Below, in pieces: positions 63,501 through 64,000 of a stretch of 64,000 nucleotides of DNA. Made by a program: the position numbers and the translations under genes. A model generated the notes under the pieces. It was not told the DNA's origin and did no database searches. It was given only the letters and a program-made list of their open reading frames with translations. Positions within the stretch are counted from its first letter, which is position 1. Each line of letters opens with the position of its first letter. The stretch is from contig OZ024746.1 in the NCBI GenBank assembly GCA_964016885.1, positions 67,952,001-68,016,000 of the forward strand, read 5' to 3'. The DNA is from Eledone cirrhosa (Eukaryota).

Positions 63501-64000
63501 CCACCCAACCAAGTTCCACCCAACTTGGTAAGCAATTGAGATCTGGGATCTTGTTTTTTTTTCTTCTTCAGATCATGTAATTGAATGAAGAGAATTGTAT
63601 TTCAAGAAACCTGATGAAGATGAAACATTCTGAAACACTGCAATGAAAACTAGTTGAAAATGAATCAATTATATAGCATTGAATTGAGAGAATTTCTTAT
63701 CTCACCATATAAGACATGAGTTTTCCAGTAGTATTAAATGATGATGTTTTATACAGTAAATTCAATAACCTTCTATCTACCTTACCAGTTTTATAAAAAG
63801 TATGAGTAATTAACAAATTTAGAATGTAGAAAACGTTTGTAAACTGAGAAATAGTATCATTGGTAATCAATTTTATTCAAACATGTTTTTTTGTTACAAA
63901 TTGTTAAAACTGATATTTTTTTATAATTGAATTTAGAGTACTGGTGCAGAAATACCTGGAATTAAAATTTGAACTTTAACCAAAACATAAAAATAAACAA

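Noticed and set aside
63611-63650. CTGATGA AGA...TCT GAAAC ACTGCAAT
   Set aside because: Stem II is plausible, but the cleavage triplet and stem I are missing. At most a dead remnant.

Overview
AT-rich, repeat-saturated eukaryotic genomic DNA. The SINE, RTE-LINE and (TA)n/(GAT)n content suggests an octopus-like cephalopod; this is an inference. The window lies inside one large minus-strand gene. Four short coding exons (49399-49297, 47585-47534, 12898-12785, 113-6) splice in phase into the PDZ C-terminal half, the basic linker and the start of the FERM domain of an FRMPD4/Preso-like FERM-and-PDZ protein. The six-frame ORF track misses all four. The introns hold two multi-kb RTE-clade LINEs with a PHD-type finger inserted in the reverse transcriptase, plus many RTE 3' fragments. 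They also hold three tRNA-derived SINE families, a non-autonomous Helitron, a maT/Tc1-mariner fragment, mariner and piggyBac-like MITEs, CRE-like LINE 3' ends and a 47-bp minisatellite derived from a SINE. The most notable hidden layer is about ten minimal type-I hammerhead ribozyme motifs in Penelope/retrozyme-like direct or fold-back repeats. Three unrelated families among them carry the compensatory U3-A8 core (UUGAnAA instead of CUGAnGA), including a 316-nt tandem retrozyme-like unit. All structures were read by eye; no folding or database search was run.
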